Assembly (NCBI RefSeq): GCF_009914755.1 | Contig: NC_060945.1 | Source of the DNA: the human T2T-CHM13v2.0 reference genome, Homo sapiens | Length of the DNA: 64,000 nt | Strand: one strand, 5' to 3' | In this document: positions 13,310 through 28,224 of the stretch, piece by piece | Layout of the letters: each line of letters begins with the position of its first letter | Numbering within the stretch: the first letter of the stretch is position 1 | Notes under the pieces: model-generated | Database searches by the model: none | The model's input: the letters and a program-made list of their open reading frames with translations, nothing else | What the model was told of the DNA's origin: nothing | Position numbers and translations under genes: made by a program

Positions 13310-14307
13310 TCTTCTCAATAATTTTTTAGGTCCATTTTAATTTCTTACTTGGCTCATTGGGTCAATATTGTGTTGTTTAATTTCTACATATTTGTGTAAT
13401 TTCTAGTTTTCTTTTTGTTATTCATTTCTAGTTTTATTACATTGTGGTAAAAAGATATTTGGTATGATTTTAATCTTCTTAATATTGTTATATTTCATGC
13501 CCTAACATATGATCTATTCTAGAGAATGTTCTGTGTACACTTGAGAAGAATGTATATTCTGTTGCTGTTGGGTGAAATGTTGTCTGCGTGTCTGTTAGGC
13601 CTATTTGGGCTCTAGTGTTGTTTAAGTCCCCTGATTTCTTATCAGTTTTCTGCCTGGATGTTGTATCCATTAATGAAAGTAGTAATATTTAAGTTTCCTA
13701 CTATTATTGCATTGCTGTATATTTCTTTCTTAGGTTCTTCTATATAAAGCAATCTTTATATATTTAGGTGCTTTGAACTTTGACACATACATACTTCCTG
13801 ATGAATGAATATCTTTATCATTATATAATGAACTTCTTTGCTTCTTGTGACACTTTTTGACCTAAGCCTATTTTTTCTGATGTAAGTCTGGCAATGCTAA
13901 CTCTCTTTTGGTTGCCGTTGGCATAGAATATGAAATGTTATTTTCCATTGGTTTACTTTCAGCCTATGTGTGTCCTTAAATCTAAAGCGAGTCTATATGA
14001 ACAGCATATACTAGTTTATCTAGTTACTCTATGTTTTTTGATTAAAGAGTGTAATCCATTTACACTTAACCATTTTCCCCTTTGCCCTGAGAATACTTGC
14101 CGGAGACATTTGTAACTACAGTATTTACCTTGAAATAACTTTGCCACAAAATATCTCACTTTTATTACTATTTTTTCATCCTTCTAGTATATTAACTTCG
14201 GAAAAACATTATTCTATTTATAGCATTCTGTTTTTAGTAGTGCTATTTCCATTTACAAAATATAGTAATTCTTGATTGTTGAAAATGTCAAATATTAGAA
14301 AATGTAG

Positions 14308-15002
<695 letters not shown>

Positions 15003-15634
15003 GTAGCATTCTTAAACGTGAGGTTAACATCATTCTCAAAGAGTTGACCAAGGATTCATTTGATAAATTCGGTTTTTCGGAAATAGATGATTCTGGTGAT
15101 TCAGACAATTCTGATATTAGTTCTGTTTAGAAATAACTCCAAGAACAGTTTTTATATTTTGTTCTTACATTTAAAACCAGTCAGGTTGTTTCAGCCTCAA
15201 AGAGGATACTTATGTAAAATTAAATGAGCGCCGGCAGAAGCTGCATTTTTTTTTCTAAACAGGAAAAGGGTTAAAAAATTAGGGAAGGATTTATTACTGC
15301 CATTTTGTTAATTATATTTTCTGTCTTTTTTGTAGTTCTTTATCCTTCTTTTCTCTTATGCTATCTTTCTTTGTGATTAGTTGATTTTTTATGGTGATTT
15401 GCTTTGATTCTTTTTTTCTCTTGTGTATCTTCCATACACACACACTGTCTTTGTGTGTACAAGAGTTTTAACTCTTATTTTCTTTAATAATTGAGAGATG
15501 TAATATACTACTATGTATGTGAGAGTTTTAAAAAATCATATATATTCGTGGGGATTTATTAGACTTGCAGTAACCACGAACTGATGAACTGATTTGTTTC
15601 TTTACACAACATAGATTTAGTGGTTACTAAGTGA

Positions 15635-15730
15635 TATAGCTGAAGTTTAGACAAATTAAGTAACTTACCTAACGTGACTTAAGTTACATGTGGCATTGAA
15701 GAGTTCTCTGTAGACTCTTGACCCTGAGAG
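15635..15730 (-). mobile_element. MIR core fragment
   Basis: tgaagtttagacaaattaagtaacttacctaacgtgac. Confidence 0.55.
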
Positions 15731-15785
15731 CCAGATTGCTGGCATACAGGATCTTCACCACAATTGCCAACATTGAAACCTAACA

Positions 15786-16314
15786 CAATAGCCTCCCGTT
15801 TGTCTACAGAGGGTATCTTCCAAGGCCCCCGTTGGATATCTGAAATTGCAGAGAATACCGAACCCAAAATATACTCTACTTTTTATACATACATACCTAA
15901 AATACAATTTAATTTATAAATTAGTCACAGTAAGAGATTAAAAACAATAATAATAAAGTGAGTTATTATAACAGTATGTAAGCCTTACCATTCTTGGGGC
16001 CACTATTAAGTAAAATAATGGTTACTTGAATAAAAGCACTGCAATATCTCAATCACCATCCAATAATTGAGATGGCTACTAAGTAACTAATGGGCAGGTA
16101 GCATATGAAACAAGGATACTTTGAACAAAGGGCTACTTTATGTTCCAGGATGGATGGAGTGGGATGTTGAGAGATGTCATCATGCTACTCAGAAGGGCAG
16201 GCAATTTAAAACATATGAATTATTATTTCTAGAATTTTTTATTTAATATTTTCATACTGTAATTGACTGTGGGTAACCAAGAAAGGTAAAACTGTGGATA
16301 AGGAGGCACTACTC
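15786..16314. mobile_element. MER44B (TcMar-Tigger)
   Basis: Degenerate TIRs caatagcctccc/ggaggcactactc; body matches recalled MER44B. Confidence 0.85.
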
Positions 16315-17162
16315 TAATAAGGATAAAACTCACATTTGTCCTTTGAAATGTAAATACTCTTCAAGAGACATTCAACATTGAAACTTATATGACTTTAGAA
16401 CTCAATGAAGAAATTTAGAGATTTCTAGTATAAAAAGACTAAGCTTTAAAGAAAAACAACTCTTTTAGATTTAGCTGAAAACAGCTTATAATGAATATAC
16501 AATTGAAATAATTATTGTTGTAAAAGTAAATATGCTTAAATATGTCTTTCTGTTTGGGATATTTTTATCATGTTAAAGTACCACATCAACACACTACTTT
16601 TTTAAAGAAAGAGAGAACTTTTAGATTGCAAAAGTGTACGTAGAAAATAAGTAAGTAGTGAAATTTTGAAATATTTACCATCAACAAACACTATCAAAGC
16701 TAGAGGTGTGCAGTTGTTTTCAATTCTGAATAAATTTCATAAAATAAATAATACTAAACATTACTCACTTTTTCAACTTAAAAAAAAAATCTTTTCAGTG
16801 ATTTTCTGGTTTTCAAGCATCAGTAAAAGAAAGAGCATCAGGCTGAATCCTGATGTGAACCTGACTCAGTGGGTAGAACATCTGTCTTCTCTGAGAGCTT
16901 GTCAGTTTGGGTAAATGATTGATTATGCTACTCAGGGTCAAGGATAGACAACACCACAGCACTAACTGACAACAGCCATGAGTCCATAGCAAGATTTGCT
17001 CATCATATTCACTCAAATTTCTGGTCTCGGGCTAAAATACGCATGACATTTATTAACTGATAAGTTTGAACTATTTTATCTAAAATTAAATGATGTTTTT
17101 ATTTTTGAATAAATGAATATTCATGCTCTTTATTGAAATGAACACATTGAGATGTTCATTAC

Positions 17163-17543
17163 TGTATTAGTCTGTTCTCACACTGCTATGAAGAAATACC
17201 AGAGACTGGTTAATTTATAAAAGAAAGAGGGTTAGTTGGCTCACAATTTTGTTTGGCTGGGGTGGCCTCAGGAAACATAATCATGGTGGAAGACAAAGGA
17301 TAAGCAGGCACCTTCTTCACAGGGCGGCAGGACGGAGTGAGTGCAACCAGGGGAAATTCCAGAGAACCATCAGAATTCATAAGACTCACGCATTATCATG
17401 AGAACAACATAGAGGAAACTGCCCCTGTGATTCGATTACCTCCACTTGGTCCCGCCATGACACGTGGAGATTATGGGGATTACATTTCAAGAGGAGATTT
17501 TAGTGGGAACAAATGATATGGATTGGGGAGCGAATTCACATCA
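17163..17543 (-). mobile_element. THE1D MaLR solo LTR
   Basis: tgtattagtctgttctcacactgct...ggcggcaggacggagtgagtg...catca; TSD attac/gttac. Confidence 0.9.
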
Positions 17544-18093
17544 GTTACTAATAGATGCAAAGTGATCCAATATTACAACCTCAATAAAGTAGGTTTAAAA
17601 TTTTTTAATCCTTATAATAAAATTATTAAAAAAGAATTCTGGAGAATTCTTGATGGAAATCATCAATATTCCTAGAGAAAAATTCTACAAACTTCAGATG
17701 AATCTGAATGGTCATCCTTAAAGGTCATCCATCTTTCTGTTTGTTTTCATCTAAAAGACATCATACTTTCAATACTGCAAAACTACTTGTTTAAGTAGCT
17801 TTATTTTGGATAAGTATTCACTTCATATATTTTATGAATTTGTGACAAAGCTAATCTAATAAAATATGGGTATTTGTTTTTGTATCTTTGAAAATTTCAC
17901 TCATTGTCTTCTTGGTCTGACCACTGGGGCAAATAATATTTTCAATATAAAACATAAATAAATATAAATACATATTTATATTGTAGATAGTATACAACAT
18001 GACTATTTTATTACATAGAAAATATATATTTATATTGTATTGCCAATATATATTTAACATATATAAAATATAAAATATACAATAAACAACATA

Positions 18094-18699
18094 CAGTAAG
18101 TTCCCACATATTGTTGTAGAGAGGTTCTTGGAAACTGTGATGCTAAGCAAAATGACATAAAAGGAAACCCATTTTACCATAGGTTAATTGATATAAATAA
18201 GAGTTGAGTTCCTATAACATATTTCTGGTCACAAAAACATCACCAAACTTCTAAATGAAAACCAAAACATTTTAATATTTAATATTTATTGCAATATTAA
18301 ACATTGAGATAAATGTAAGCTATACATACATTTAAGAAAGATTAATAAAAACAAGATCACTACTTAGCCAATGATTCCAGTTCAGTGTCATGTGTGGCAG
18401 GAACCTACCTCAGCAGCTCAGTGCCAAGGCTGGAATCAACCTTGGACAGGATGGCATTCCCTCTCGGCATGCACTCAAACACACACCCACACTCACTCAG
18501 ATGGGACCAAAGAGACACACCAGTTCACTCATGTGCACATCTTTGGAACGTGGGAGGAAACTGGAGTACCCAGAGAATATCCACATAGACATGGGGAGAA
18601 CATGTGAACTCCACACAAAGACTAGGGAATTGTTTTTTTTCTCATCAACATGATAACAAAGTGACATCGAATGAAATGAAGTTATTCAATGACATACTG
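18094..18699 (-). mobile_element. MER6A (TcMar-Tigger), ~605 bp
   Basis: cagtaagttc...gacatactg; includes gtgggaggaaactggagtacccagagaa...gagaacatgtgaactccacac. Confidence 0.88.
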
Positions 18700-18939
18700 T
18701 GTATAAATAAAGTGATCTATGTGGTGCTTAATGAGTTAATTTTAAAATTATTTTATTGAAGTTACAATAATTTATGTAAAAGGGTGGGGAAAATAACAAT
18801 TTAATCCCTCAAATTTGACATTACTCTTGGATTTGTTTTTTATGTGTAACACTTTCTCCCATCTACTCCATTCAGATCACTTCCAACTCAGATGATTGAA
18901 TTTAAAAAAATAAGCCTTAACTTTCCAGAGGCACTTATT

Positions 18940-19036
18940 GAATATCTGCTCTTTATTCATGTATACTTGGCTCACAGAACATTGCCTATTACATGGCAGG
19001 TGCTCAATGTATATTTGTTGAATAGATTGAATGAAA
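18940..19036 (+). mobile_element. L2 3' end
   Basis: acatggcaggtgctcaatgtatatttgttgaatagattgaatgaa. Confidence 0.7.
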
Positions 19037-19314
19037 TAAGTTTCTTGTATGCTGAAGAGTCTTATCAAAGATACTTGAGGTCTTTCATCTAAGGTGGAGT
19101 AGTTGAATTCTCAGGTAGATATTGCATAGTAATTGGAAACGTGACACATAAAATGGAGTAACTGAACTGAAACTAAAATATGTCTTATCAGGGCAATTCC
19201 GTGAGACTTTGAAAGCATTTTTAAGGCTGCAGTTTTGGTGAAAATATACATAAAGATAAATCAAAAGGAAAGCTACCTTGGACAGTATTTTTAAGGCATT
19301 AAAAGTCAGTTTGT

Positions 19315-19646
<332 letters not shown>

Positions 19647-21683
19647 ATTTATTTGCAATGTACTGCAGTTAAAATATACATATAGCTAGAATTGAAGGTT
19701 CTCACTTTTAGCTTCTATGTTTGATCTATTTATTTCATAGTGCTGCTGGCACAGCATTTTACTGTGTCACATAAATTAACTTTAAGCAATCTGTAAAACT
19801 TTTATTAATGATTCCAACAAGACTATACAAATCCTTTTGCTAATGAGGTCAAGGTATGCTTCAAACTCCAGGCAAAACAGCTGTCTTCTAACAGAGACAG
19901 TCTCATGCCTTTGCAGTGTATATCAGTTTATCAACTGGCTGTTTGACAAATACATCGCTTTGGTTACAAACATGAGAGCAAGATAGAGAATTGGGAAGAT
20001 AATAGGTTAAAAACTGGATAAAAATTTCAGTTTCTTTCCCTGAAGTATCAGCTTCGTAGAAACAAGAAAATATCTACTATGCTTTCATATTCTATTAGAT
20101 TTTCTAGTCACTCTATTCAGTTGTGTCCAGATTAATTTATGTCTTGAAATACTCTATTAATTGACAAATATTTATGATTCAGATTTAGCAAGACATTATC
20201 CTGTCAGCAGGTAGAAGGATGTGTAGGAAAATATAGAGGCTATCTTAAAAAGTCAGGTTTGATTATAAACAGATTTGTCCTTTAACTTTCTCCATTCACT
20301 TTTTCACTCGGTTAGGTTTCATATTTTGCTTAGGCATAATGAAGTATTATCTATCATCTAGGCCTACATGAAAACATTCTTTAAATTTAATTTAACTATT
20401 TTTCCTATCTGGCTTTAGAGTTTCTTTTTCAAATTCCTCTGCCTACTTCATGAGAAATTTGTATCCAAAAGTGAAATTATTTTTAATATATTTTAAATAA
20501 TTTATGCTTTAATCTTGTGTAAATAAAAATATTGACCCCAAGCTTAACTGCATACTTATTGGGATCATGGTTACCAATTATAGACTGAAGTGTTTATTTA
20601 ACCTTCTAGAAGGAACTGTAAATCTGCCATTAATAGAGAATGCTTCATGAGCTAGCAAATTAGAAAGCACCTATATTTAAAAGATTGTAGGAAGTGGAAA
20701 TTGCCTTTAATATTTAATTTTTGAATTACTTAGGAAGGCTGATCATTAACACAAACTAAATTATTTGAAGTGACTATTTAATTGGGAATATGTCAATAGA
20801 GATTTAATATATCTAGCAAACATTACATAATTTCAAACAAAATGCTCCATTACTTAATTTGACATGTATACAGTAGGTACCAGACATAGTGCCAAGTACT
20901 AAACACAACAGAGAATTAGGTGAATTGGATTCTTACATGCAAAAATACTCCAAGGACTTTCATTCTATTTACTGGTTGATTTGTCTTTGCAAAATAACAA
21001 AACGATTTAAAACCTAAACAGAAACAAAATATCTTAATATTAAAGCTTTCTTCAGAAACATTATTAAATTTCAACTGAGAACTATTAAATGTTAATGGTG
21101 TTTTGTTATTTTTATTGTCTAGAAAAAGGAAGTAAAATGTTACAAATAATTCTGGTAATAAACAGTCATCAGTGGCTACTGCAATATTGATAATTTTTTG
21201 CTATATAATTTTTCTTTTTTAAAAAATAGACCTGAAAACTGACCAAGTAAGAATTTTTTTTAATTCTTCTGTAGGAGTCTATATCATTTACTACATAAGG
21301 AAATTCTTAAGATGTCAAGTTGTCTTTTCCAATCAATGTACCTGTAAGTCTATAATCACCTAGTAATTGTTTTCACATATGTTTGATATACAATGAATTA
21401 CCCACATAATTTCCCAGACATTATCACTCAGCCCTAACTTTTCTCTTGGGTTCAGGGATATTAAAACAGTGGAGTGGAGAGTGGGATAAAATTCAATGAA
21501 AGAACCCAATAGTGGTGACTAAGTAAAATCAGGTGGAGAGAAAATTGATGGGGATGAAAGACAGTGTGACAAACGCTCTTCTCCTATTTCAGTGCTATCT
21601 CAACATTTCTCTGGTTTCTTTGCTAACACTATGTTCTTTTCAAGATTCTAAATTTTTATGTGTAGATGTTTTTTAAAACTATG

Positions 21684-23310
21684 TTTTATGTTAACTTTCA
21701 AGTTAGCTTTGGAGATACATGTGAAGATTTGTTATACAGGTAAACTCCTATCACGACGGTTTGTTGCACTGATTATTTCATCACCAGGTGTTAAGCCTGG
21801 TACCCAATAGTTATTTTTTCTGCTCCTCTCCCTCCTACCAACCTCCAGTCCCAACTAGACACTAGTGTCTGTTGTTCCCCTTTTTGTGTTCCTGAGTTCT
21901 CATCATTCAGCTCCCACTTATAAGTGAGAACATGTGATATTTGGTTTTCTGTTTCTGCGTTAGTTCATCCATCCATGTTCCCACAAAAGACATGATCTCA
22001 TTCTTTTTTATAGATGCATAGTATTCCATGGTGTATATGTACTATGTTTTCTTTATCCGATCTGTCATTGATGGGCGTTTAGGTTGATTCTATGTGTTTG
22101 CTATAGTCAATAGTGCTGCAATGAACATATGCATGCATGTGCCCTTAGAGTAAAACAATTTATATTCCTTTGGGTATGTAACCAGTAGTGGGATTTCTGG
22201 GTCAAATGGCAGTTCCGCTTTTAGCTCTTTGAGGAATCACCATACTGCTTTCTGCAATGGTTGAACTAATTTACACTCCCCCGACAGTGTGTAATTCCCT
22301 TTTCTCCACAACGTCACCAGCATCGGTTATTTTTTGACATTTTAATAATTGCCATTCTGAGTGGTGCGAGATGGTATCTTGTTGTGGTTTTAATTTACAT
22401 TTCTCTAATGCTCATGATATTGAGCTTTTTTATATGCTTGCTAGCTACATGTATGTCTTCTTTTGAAAGCATCTGTGCATGTCCTTTGCCCATTTTTTAA
22501 TGAAGTTGTTTGTTCCTCTCTTGTAAATTTCTTTAACTTCCTTATAGATGCTGAATATTAGACCTTTGTCAGATGCATAGTTTGCAAAAATTTTCCCACG
22601 TTCAGTAGGTTGTCTGTTTACTTTGTGATTAGTTTCTTCTGTGGTGCAGAAGCTCTTTAGTTTAATTAGGTCACATTTGTCAATTTTTGCTTTTGTTGGG
22701 ATTACTTCTGGTGTCTTTGTCATGAACTGTTGGCCCGTTCTTATGTCCAGGATGGTATTGCCTAGGTTGTCTTCCAGGATTTTTATAGTTTTGACTTTTA
22801 CATTTAAGTCTTTGATCCATCTTGAGTTGATTTTTGCATGTGATGTAAAGAAGGGGTTCAGTTTCAATCTTCTGCATATGGCTAGCCAGCACCATTTATT
22901 GAACAGGGAGTCTATTTTTATTTTTATTTTTGCTTGTTTTCATCAGCTTTGTCAGAGATCAGATGGTCTTACATGTGCAGCCTTATTTGTGGGCTCTCTT
23001 TGCTGTTCCATACGTCTATGTGCCTTTTATTGTACTAGTATCATACTGTTTTGGTTGTGGTAGCCCTGTAGTATTGTTTTTAAGTCTGGTAATGTGGTCC
23101 CTTCAACTCTGTTCTTTTTGCCTAGGATTGCATTGGCTATTTGGGCTCTGTTTTGGTTCCATATGAACCTTAAAATAATTTTTCTAGTTCTATGAAGAAT
23201 GTAATTTGTAGTATAATAGGAATAGCATTGAATTAGTAAATTGCTTTGGGCAGTAAGGCCATTTTAATATTAATTCTTCCTGCCCACGAGCATGAGATGT
23301 TTTTCCATTT
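21684..23310 (-). mobile_element. L1PA12/13-like 5'-truncated element
   Basis: Antisense 3'UTR; ORF 22445-22867 is ORF2p ([13 protein letters not shown]...[12 protein letters not shown]). Confidence 0.92.
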
Positions 23311-23339
23311 TAACCTATGCAAAACATAGCAGCTTTAGA

Positions 23340-23630
23340 CTATGTAAAACATAGCAGCTTTAGATTCACAGCAAAATAGAAAGGAAGGCACAGAGATTTC
23401 CCGTATACCCTCCACCCGACACATGACTAGCCCCGCTTATCAACATCCCTTACTAGAGAGTACGCGTATTGCAATAGATGAACCTAGATTGACAAGTCGC
23501 ATTCACCCAAAGTCCATGTTTTACCTTAAAATTCAGTTTTGGTGATATATTTGTGTATGCATATATATATGTGTGCGTGTATATATATATATGTATATAT
23601 ATGTTTTTGTGTGTATATATATGGATTTTA
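23340..23630 (-). mobile_element. L1MC1-like 3' end containing a (TA/TG)n microsatellite at 23548-23622
   Basis: ttagattcacagcaaaatagaaaggaaggcacagagatttccc...gatgaacctagattgac...cacccaaagtccat. Confidence 0.8.
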
Positions 23631-23759
23631 AGACCCCTACTAACCTTTAAACCACAATAAAATATTTTATCAAAATGTTAAAAGTATTTGCTTTTTAGAA
23701 ATAGAGTTGAATTTCATTATTTATAGTATTAATGTAGTATTAGAGATGGGAGCATTAAT

Positions 23760-23895
23760 AAATAATAACAGTAGTAGTAATATTATGTATGATGTATTAA
23801 GTGTTCATTCTGGCCAAAAAATGTGCTAAATTCTGCATTTATTATTACTTTACATCTAATCACAATGCTAGGTGACAATTATTAAGATGAAAACC
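23760..23895 (-). mobile_element. MIR fragment
   Basis: aataataacagtag...tgtgctaaattctgc...agatgaaaacc. Confidence 0.5.
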
Positions 23896-24144
23896 AATAT
23901 ATATTTAAAGACATGGATGTACAATGACCACTAAGGAGACAGGTTTAACCAGAGAGAGATTCTGCATTGAGTAGAAATATGAGGCTTTGGATGGGCATGA
24001 ATTTCAGAATATGCTTGAGATTCAAAAGGCCAGTTGACTGACTAAAGTCTTATAGATAACTTTTAATGGGAGACTTACTATTGGAATTTTGACCTGTTAT
24101 TAACTATTGACATTTCCAAAATTTCTGATAGTGAAATGGCTATT

Positions 24145-24310
24145 TTTGGTTTGAAGCCTGTCATTACAACTTATTGTTCACTAATCTGACTCTGGAACTT
24201 ATTTTAAGCCCCCTTGTCTCAGTTTTATCATCTGTAACATTTTCCTAATAATAATATATTGCTCATGGGATAATTTTAAGAATAAAATCAGTGAAGATTT
24301 TTTGTATATG
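24145..24310 (+). mobile_element. MIR
   Basis: Core gtctcagttttatcatctgtaac...ataataata. Confidence 0.65.
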
Positions 24311-26667
24311 AATTTATTTGCAATTGTGTCTCATAGAATCCCTCAGAATATTAACCACTTACTGTTCCAAGACTAAAGGATCCAAAGTAAAAATTGCTTT
24401 AATTAAGTCCATGGCTAATCAATATGCAGGATTATTCAGCAGTTATTTGCCCATAATGGTCAAATAACTGCACTTGTTTATATAGATTTCTTAGAGCTTA
24501 TTGTACACATTCTTGAAAGTAGTAGGAATAGAAATACAATCAATTCATTTGAATTTTCAGTTTTGGTGGTAAATTGAAGTGACATGCAAGTAAAAATAAC
24601 AAACAATGTAAGTAGAATTTTTTATCCACTCTTCTAACTAGATGTAGATTCATTATTTCGGCGGCAAATATATTACCCAGGAAAGGTGATGCTACAAAAA
24701 AGCAGTTGTTACTCTTGTCAAATTATCAGTTATTGATGTGCGAACTAAAATACCCAAAAGAAAGAGGATGAGAAGCATATGGTTTAACCTCAGGCAACAG
24801 ACCTGTATGACTTGCTGTGAATTTTTACCACTTTATTCCAGATAATTCCCCCAAATGATACATATGATATTTCACATGAGTAAGGGAAACGGCAGTGTTA
24901 GGAGAGGGTGATAGCTGCTTTGTCTTCCTTATACAGCTTTTTCCATTTAGCATTTATTCTGTATTAAGACAGGTGCAACTTTTATGGAAAGAAATTACAG
25001 GCTCTTTTCAGAATCCCCCAAAATAAAATGGCACATTTTTCCCTCAGAGTAAAGAGTTCTCCAGCAATTGTCTCATTAATTTAACCAAAAATCGGTCTAC
25101 CATTCTAGGTAGTCAGGGTACTAAATTAAAAATATAAGGTATTCAATAACATTTAAATGGTAGTTATACATCTTCTAATCATATATGGCTTTTCTATGAC
25201 AAGAAAATTATATAATTTTAATTTTCAGTGTTTCAGTAGATCGACGGTACTTTTGAAGTTTCAGTTGAGGATAAAATCACACAACATCTACATGAGGATT
25301 TGGGATTGGAGCATAATTTTTTGCTGAGTATGTGCAGAGTTCCCAGGAAGGGAAATGCCTAAGATATAAGTAAAATTCAAATTTAATATGCCTTTCATAA
25401 AAGGTGATTGGGACAAGCTGTTAAATAATAGATTTGCAACTCTTTCACTTCAACTCAACAAATATTAAGTTTGAGTTTCAAACTTGGCTAATTAGGTGAG
25501 TCTTTTGGGAAGGGAAAATGGGATTACTCATCGGGGACCTCTGCTTGGGAAGGGAGGCCAACCGGTTCTGAACTTTACTCTGTTTTATGAACATTATTGA
25601 AATGTAAGTTCACAGTTTCAACCTTAATTATATCCAGAGGGTCCAGAACCACATTTTTTTCAAGTTCTTTTATCTTGAGCAACCAGTACTGTTTGATTTT
25701 TTGCAGTTGCCAACTCTCTCCTGCGGATGGCTCAGATGCAATGTATGTGATAAATCAATACAGAATAGGTTACCTTTTCTCAAAGAATTTGCCATTGAAT
25801 TGTGAAACTAAAACTATGAGAAAGTAAATAAAAATGTAAATGCAAAGTACAATATGAATCTGTATTAAGTGGTATTGTATAGCACAGAGGGAGAATAGGT
25901 CAAGGCTAATGAGGAATGATTTCTTCGAAGGAGGAGGTGGGTGAAAACTGGGCGAGCATTCCAGATAGATACATCATGGACAGCTGGCAATATGTCAATC
26001 ACCAGAGCCTTTTGGTACTCATTTTTTCAAATAATCCTGCATCCCAGTTTTACTATTCAAATAATTGATGTCAAAGTGTTATGTCATTTCATTAAAACTC
26101 ATTTTATTAATTATTTAATTGATTAATCTCTCCTTTGCATTGTATTAAAAATAGCACACATTTAATAAAATACATTTAAACTAATGCATATTTTATAAAA
26201 TTTTTATTTTTTATAGATTTTATTATGAAAACATTGAATATAAATTTTGGTTTATATGTTACAATATTGAATATCTAAGCATGATGTAATTTACTACATG
26301 TTTTAGTTATTTCATTTGTATCATACATGCCTTTTGGTCATGTTGTACATAATACAAAAATGTTTACCCTATATATTTTTAGGCTAAAGTAACAAACAAT
26401 ATCATTTGCAATGTGTGTTACTAGAAACAACATTAATTTTGCTTCTAGATGTAGAATATTTAAATTAATATTAATGTTATAAAATCTTATGTCTGAAATG
26501 TGGATTGAGATAGGATCTGGATTTTAAATATGAAAAAAATGGGAGGAGATAATTTTAATGACAGTCAGATTTGTGATAGAAAGAACATCATTAATAGTTA
26601 ATAGTACAGCATTATTTTTCCCCTAAGTTGAGATATTGCTTTAAAAAATATAATTCTAACACATTGG

Positions 26668-27537
26668 GTTTGTTTTTAATTTGCAGGGAGTACATGTGCA
26701 GGTTTGTTGCCTGGGTAAATTGCATGTCATGGGGGTTTGGTGTACAGATTATTTCATCACCCAGGTAATGAGTAAAGTACCCAATAGGTAATTTTTCATT
26801 CATTACCCTCCTCTCACTCTCTGTTCTCAAGTAGGCCAAGGTGTCTATTGTTCTATTATTTGTGTTCATATCTACTCAATGTTTAGCTCTCACTTATAAG
26901 TGAGAACATGTGACATTTTATTTCCTGTTCCTGTGTTTATTTGCTTAAGATAATGGCCCCCAGCTCCATGCATGTCACTGCAAAGGACATGATTTCCTTT
27001 TTTTTTTGGTATGGATGGATAGTATTTCATGGTGTATATGTACCATATTTTCTTTATCCATTCCACCATTGATGAGTATCTAGGTTGATTTTGTGTCTTT
27101 GCTATTATGAAAAGTATTGTGATAAACATAAGTATGCATGTGTTTTTATAATAGAACAAGTTATACTCTTTTGTATATATACTCAGTAATGAGATTGCTG
27201 GATTGAATGGTAGTTCTGTTTTAAGTTCTTTGAGAAATCTCCAAACTGCTTTCCACAGCAGCTGAAGTAATTGACATTCCAACCAACAGTGTATATGTGT
27301 TTCCTTTCCTCTACAGCATCACCAGCACCTGCTTTTTGTTTGTTTTTTTTTTGTTGTTTTTTGTTTTTTTACTTTTTAATAATAGCCATTCTTACTGCTG
27401 TGAGATGGTATCTCATTGTGGTTTGAATTTGCACTTCTCTAATTGGTGATGTTGAGCATTTTTCATATGCCTGTTGGCTGCTTGTATATCTTCTTTTGAA
27501 CAGTGTCTGTTCATGTCCTTTGTCAATTTTTAATGGG
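26668..27537 (-). mobile_element. L1PA15/16-like 3' end
   Basis: Antisense 3'UTR; ORF 26890-27282 is the ORF2p C-terminus. Confidence 0.92.
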
Positions 27538-27544
27538 TGTCACG

Positions 27545-27720
27545 AAGTAGAGTGTAGTGAATCAAAAATCCTAAGTCTGATTTCTACTTTCCCTTGACTT
27601 TAACTTTGGTCCATTAAAGTTCAGTTTTCTCATTTAAAAAATTGATTTCAAAAACTCAATATTCCTTTGAGAATCTAATAATAAGAGCTGAAAAAAGTTA
27701 CTTAAAACATTAAATGGCTA
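27545..27720 (+). mobile_element. MIR-family fragment
   Basis: ttcagtttttctcatttaaaaaa core; highly diverged. Confidence 0.4.
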
Positions 27721-28224
27721 TAAATATTATTGTCAGTATAACAAATATGAACTTATGATAAACTTCACAGTATATTACTAAATTGTGAAACTTTCCAAGA
27801 ATCTTGACAGTTTGTTTTGTGAGAAAATTTGGGAGTTTAGCTAATTCAAGGATCTACTAAGAGCACTCAAATTAGAGTTAAATTTTTTTTTCTTTATACA
27901 TTTGCTCCTTTTGGAACACTTGTCTTTTTATATAACCATGTTGTAAGACCTGTCTCTCTCATCCAGCTGAAAAATTTTGAGTTTATGGCCTTAATTGCTT
28001 ACTGGTTTTAGGACATAATGGAACATTATGGCAAAAGACTTCACTCTTCAAGGTTAACAAGAGTCAGTTTAAATAAACTGTCCATATATACTTTGAGGAA
28101 TAATTTTTGACTGTGAAGACATCAATAAAATTTTGCTTCAATTATAATTAAAATTTTTAAAAATTGCACTACTGTTCAGAATGTTTTCCTTAATTTTTAA
28201 TTATTTTTGTCAAAAATGTAGAAA

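Noticed and set aside
25238-25760. Several splice-like motifs on both strands and a 47-codon minus-strand open frame
   Set aside because: The motifs give conflicting exon models and the peptide resembles nothing I recognise
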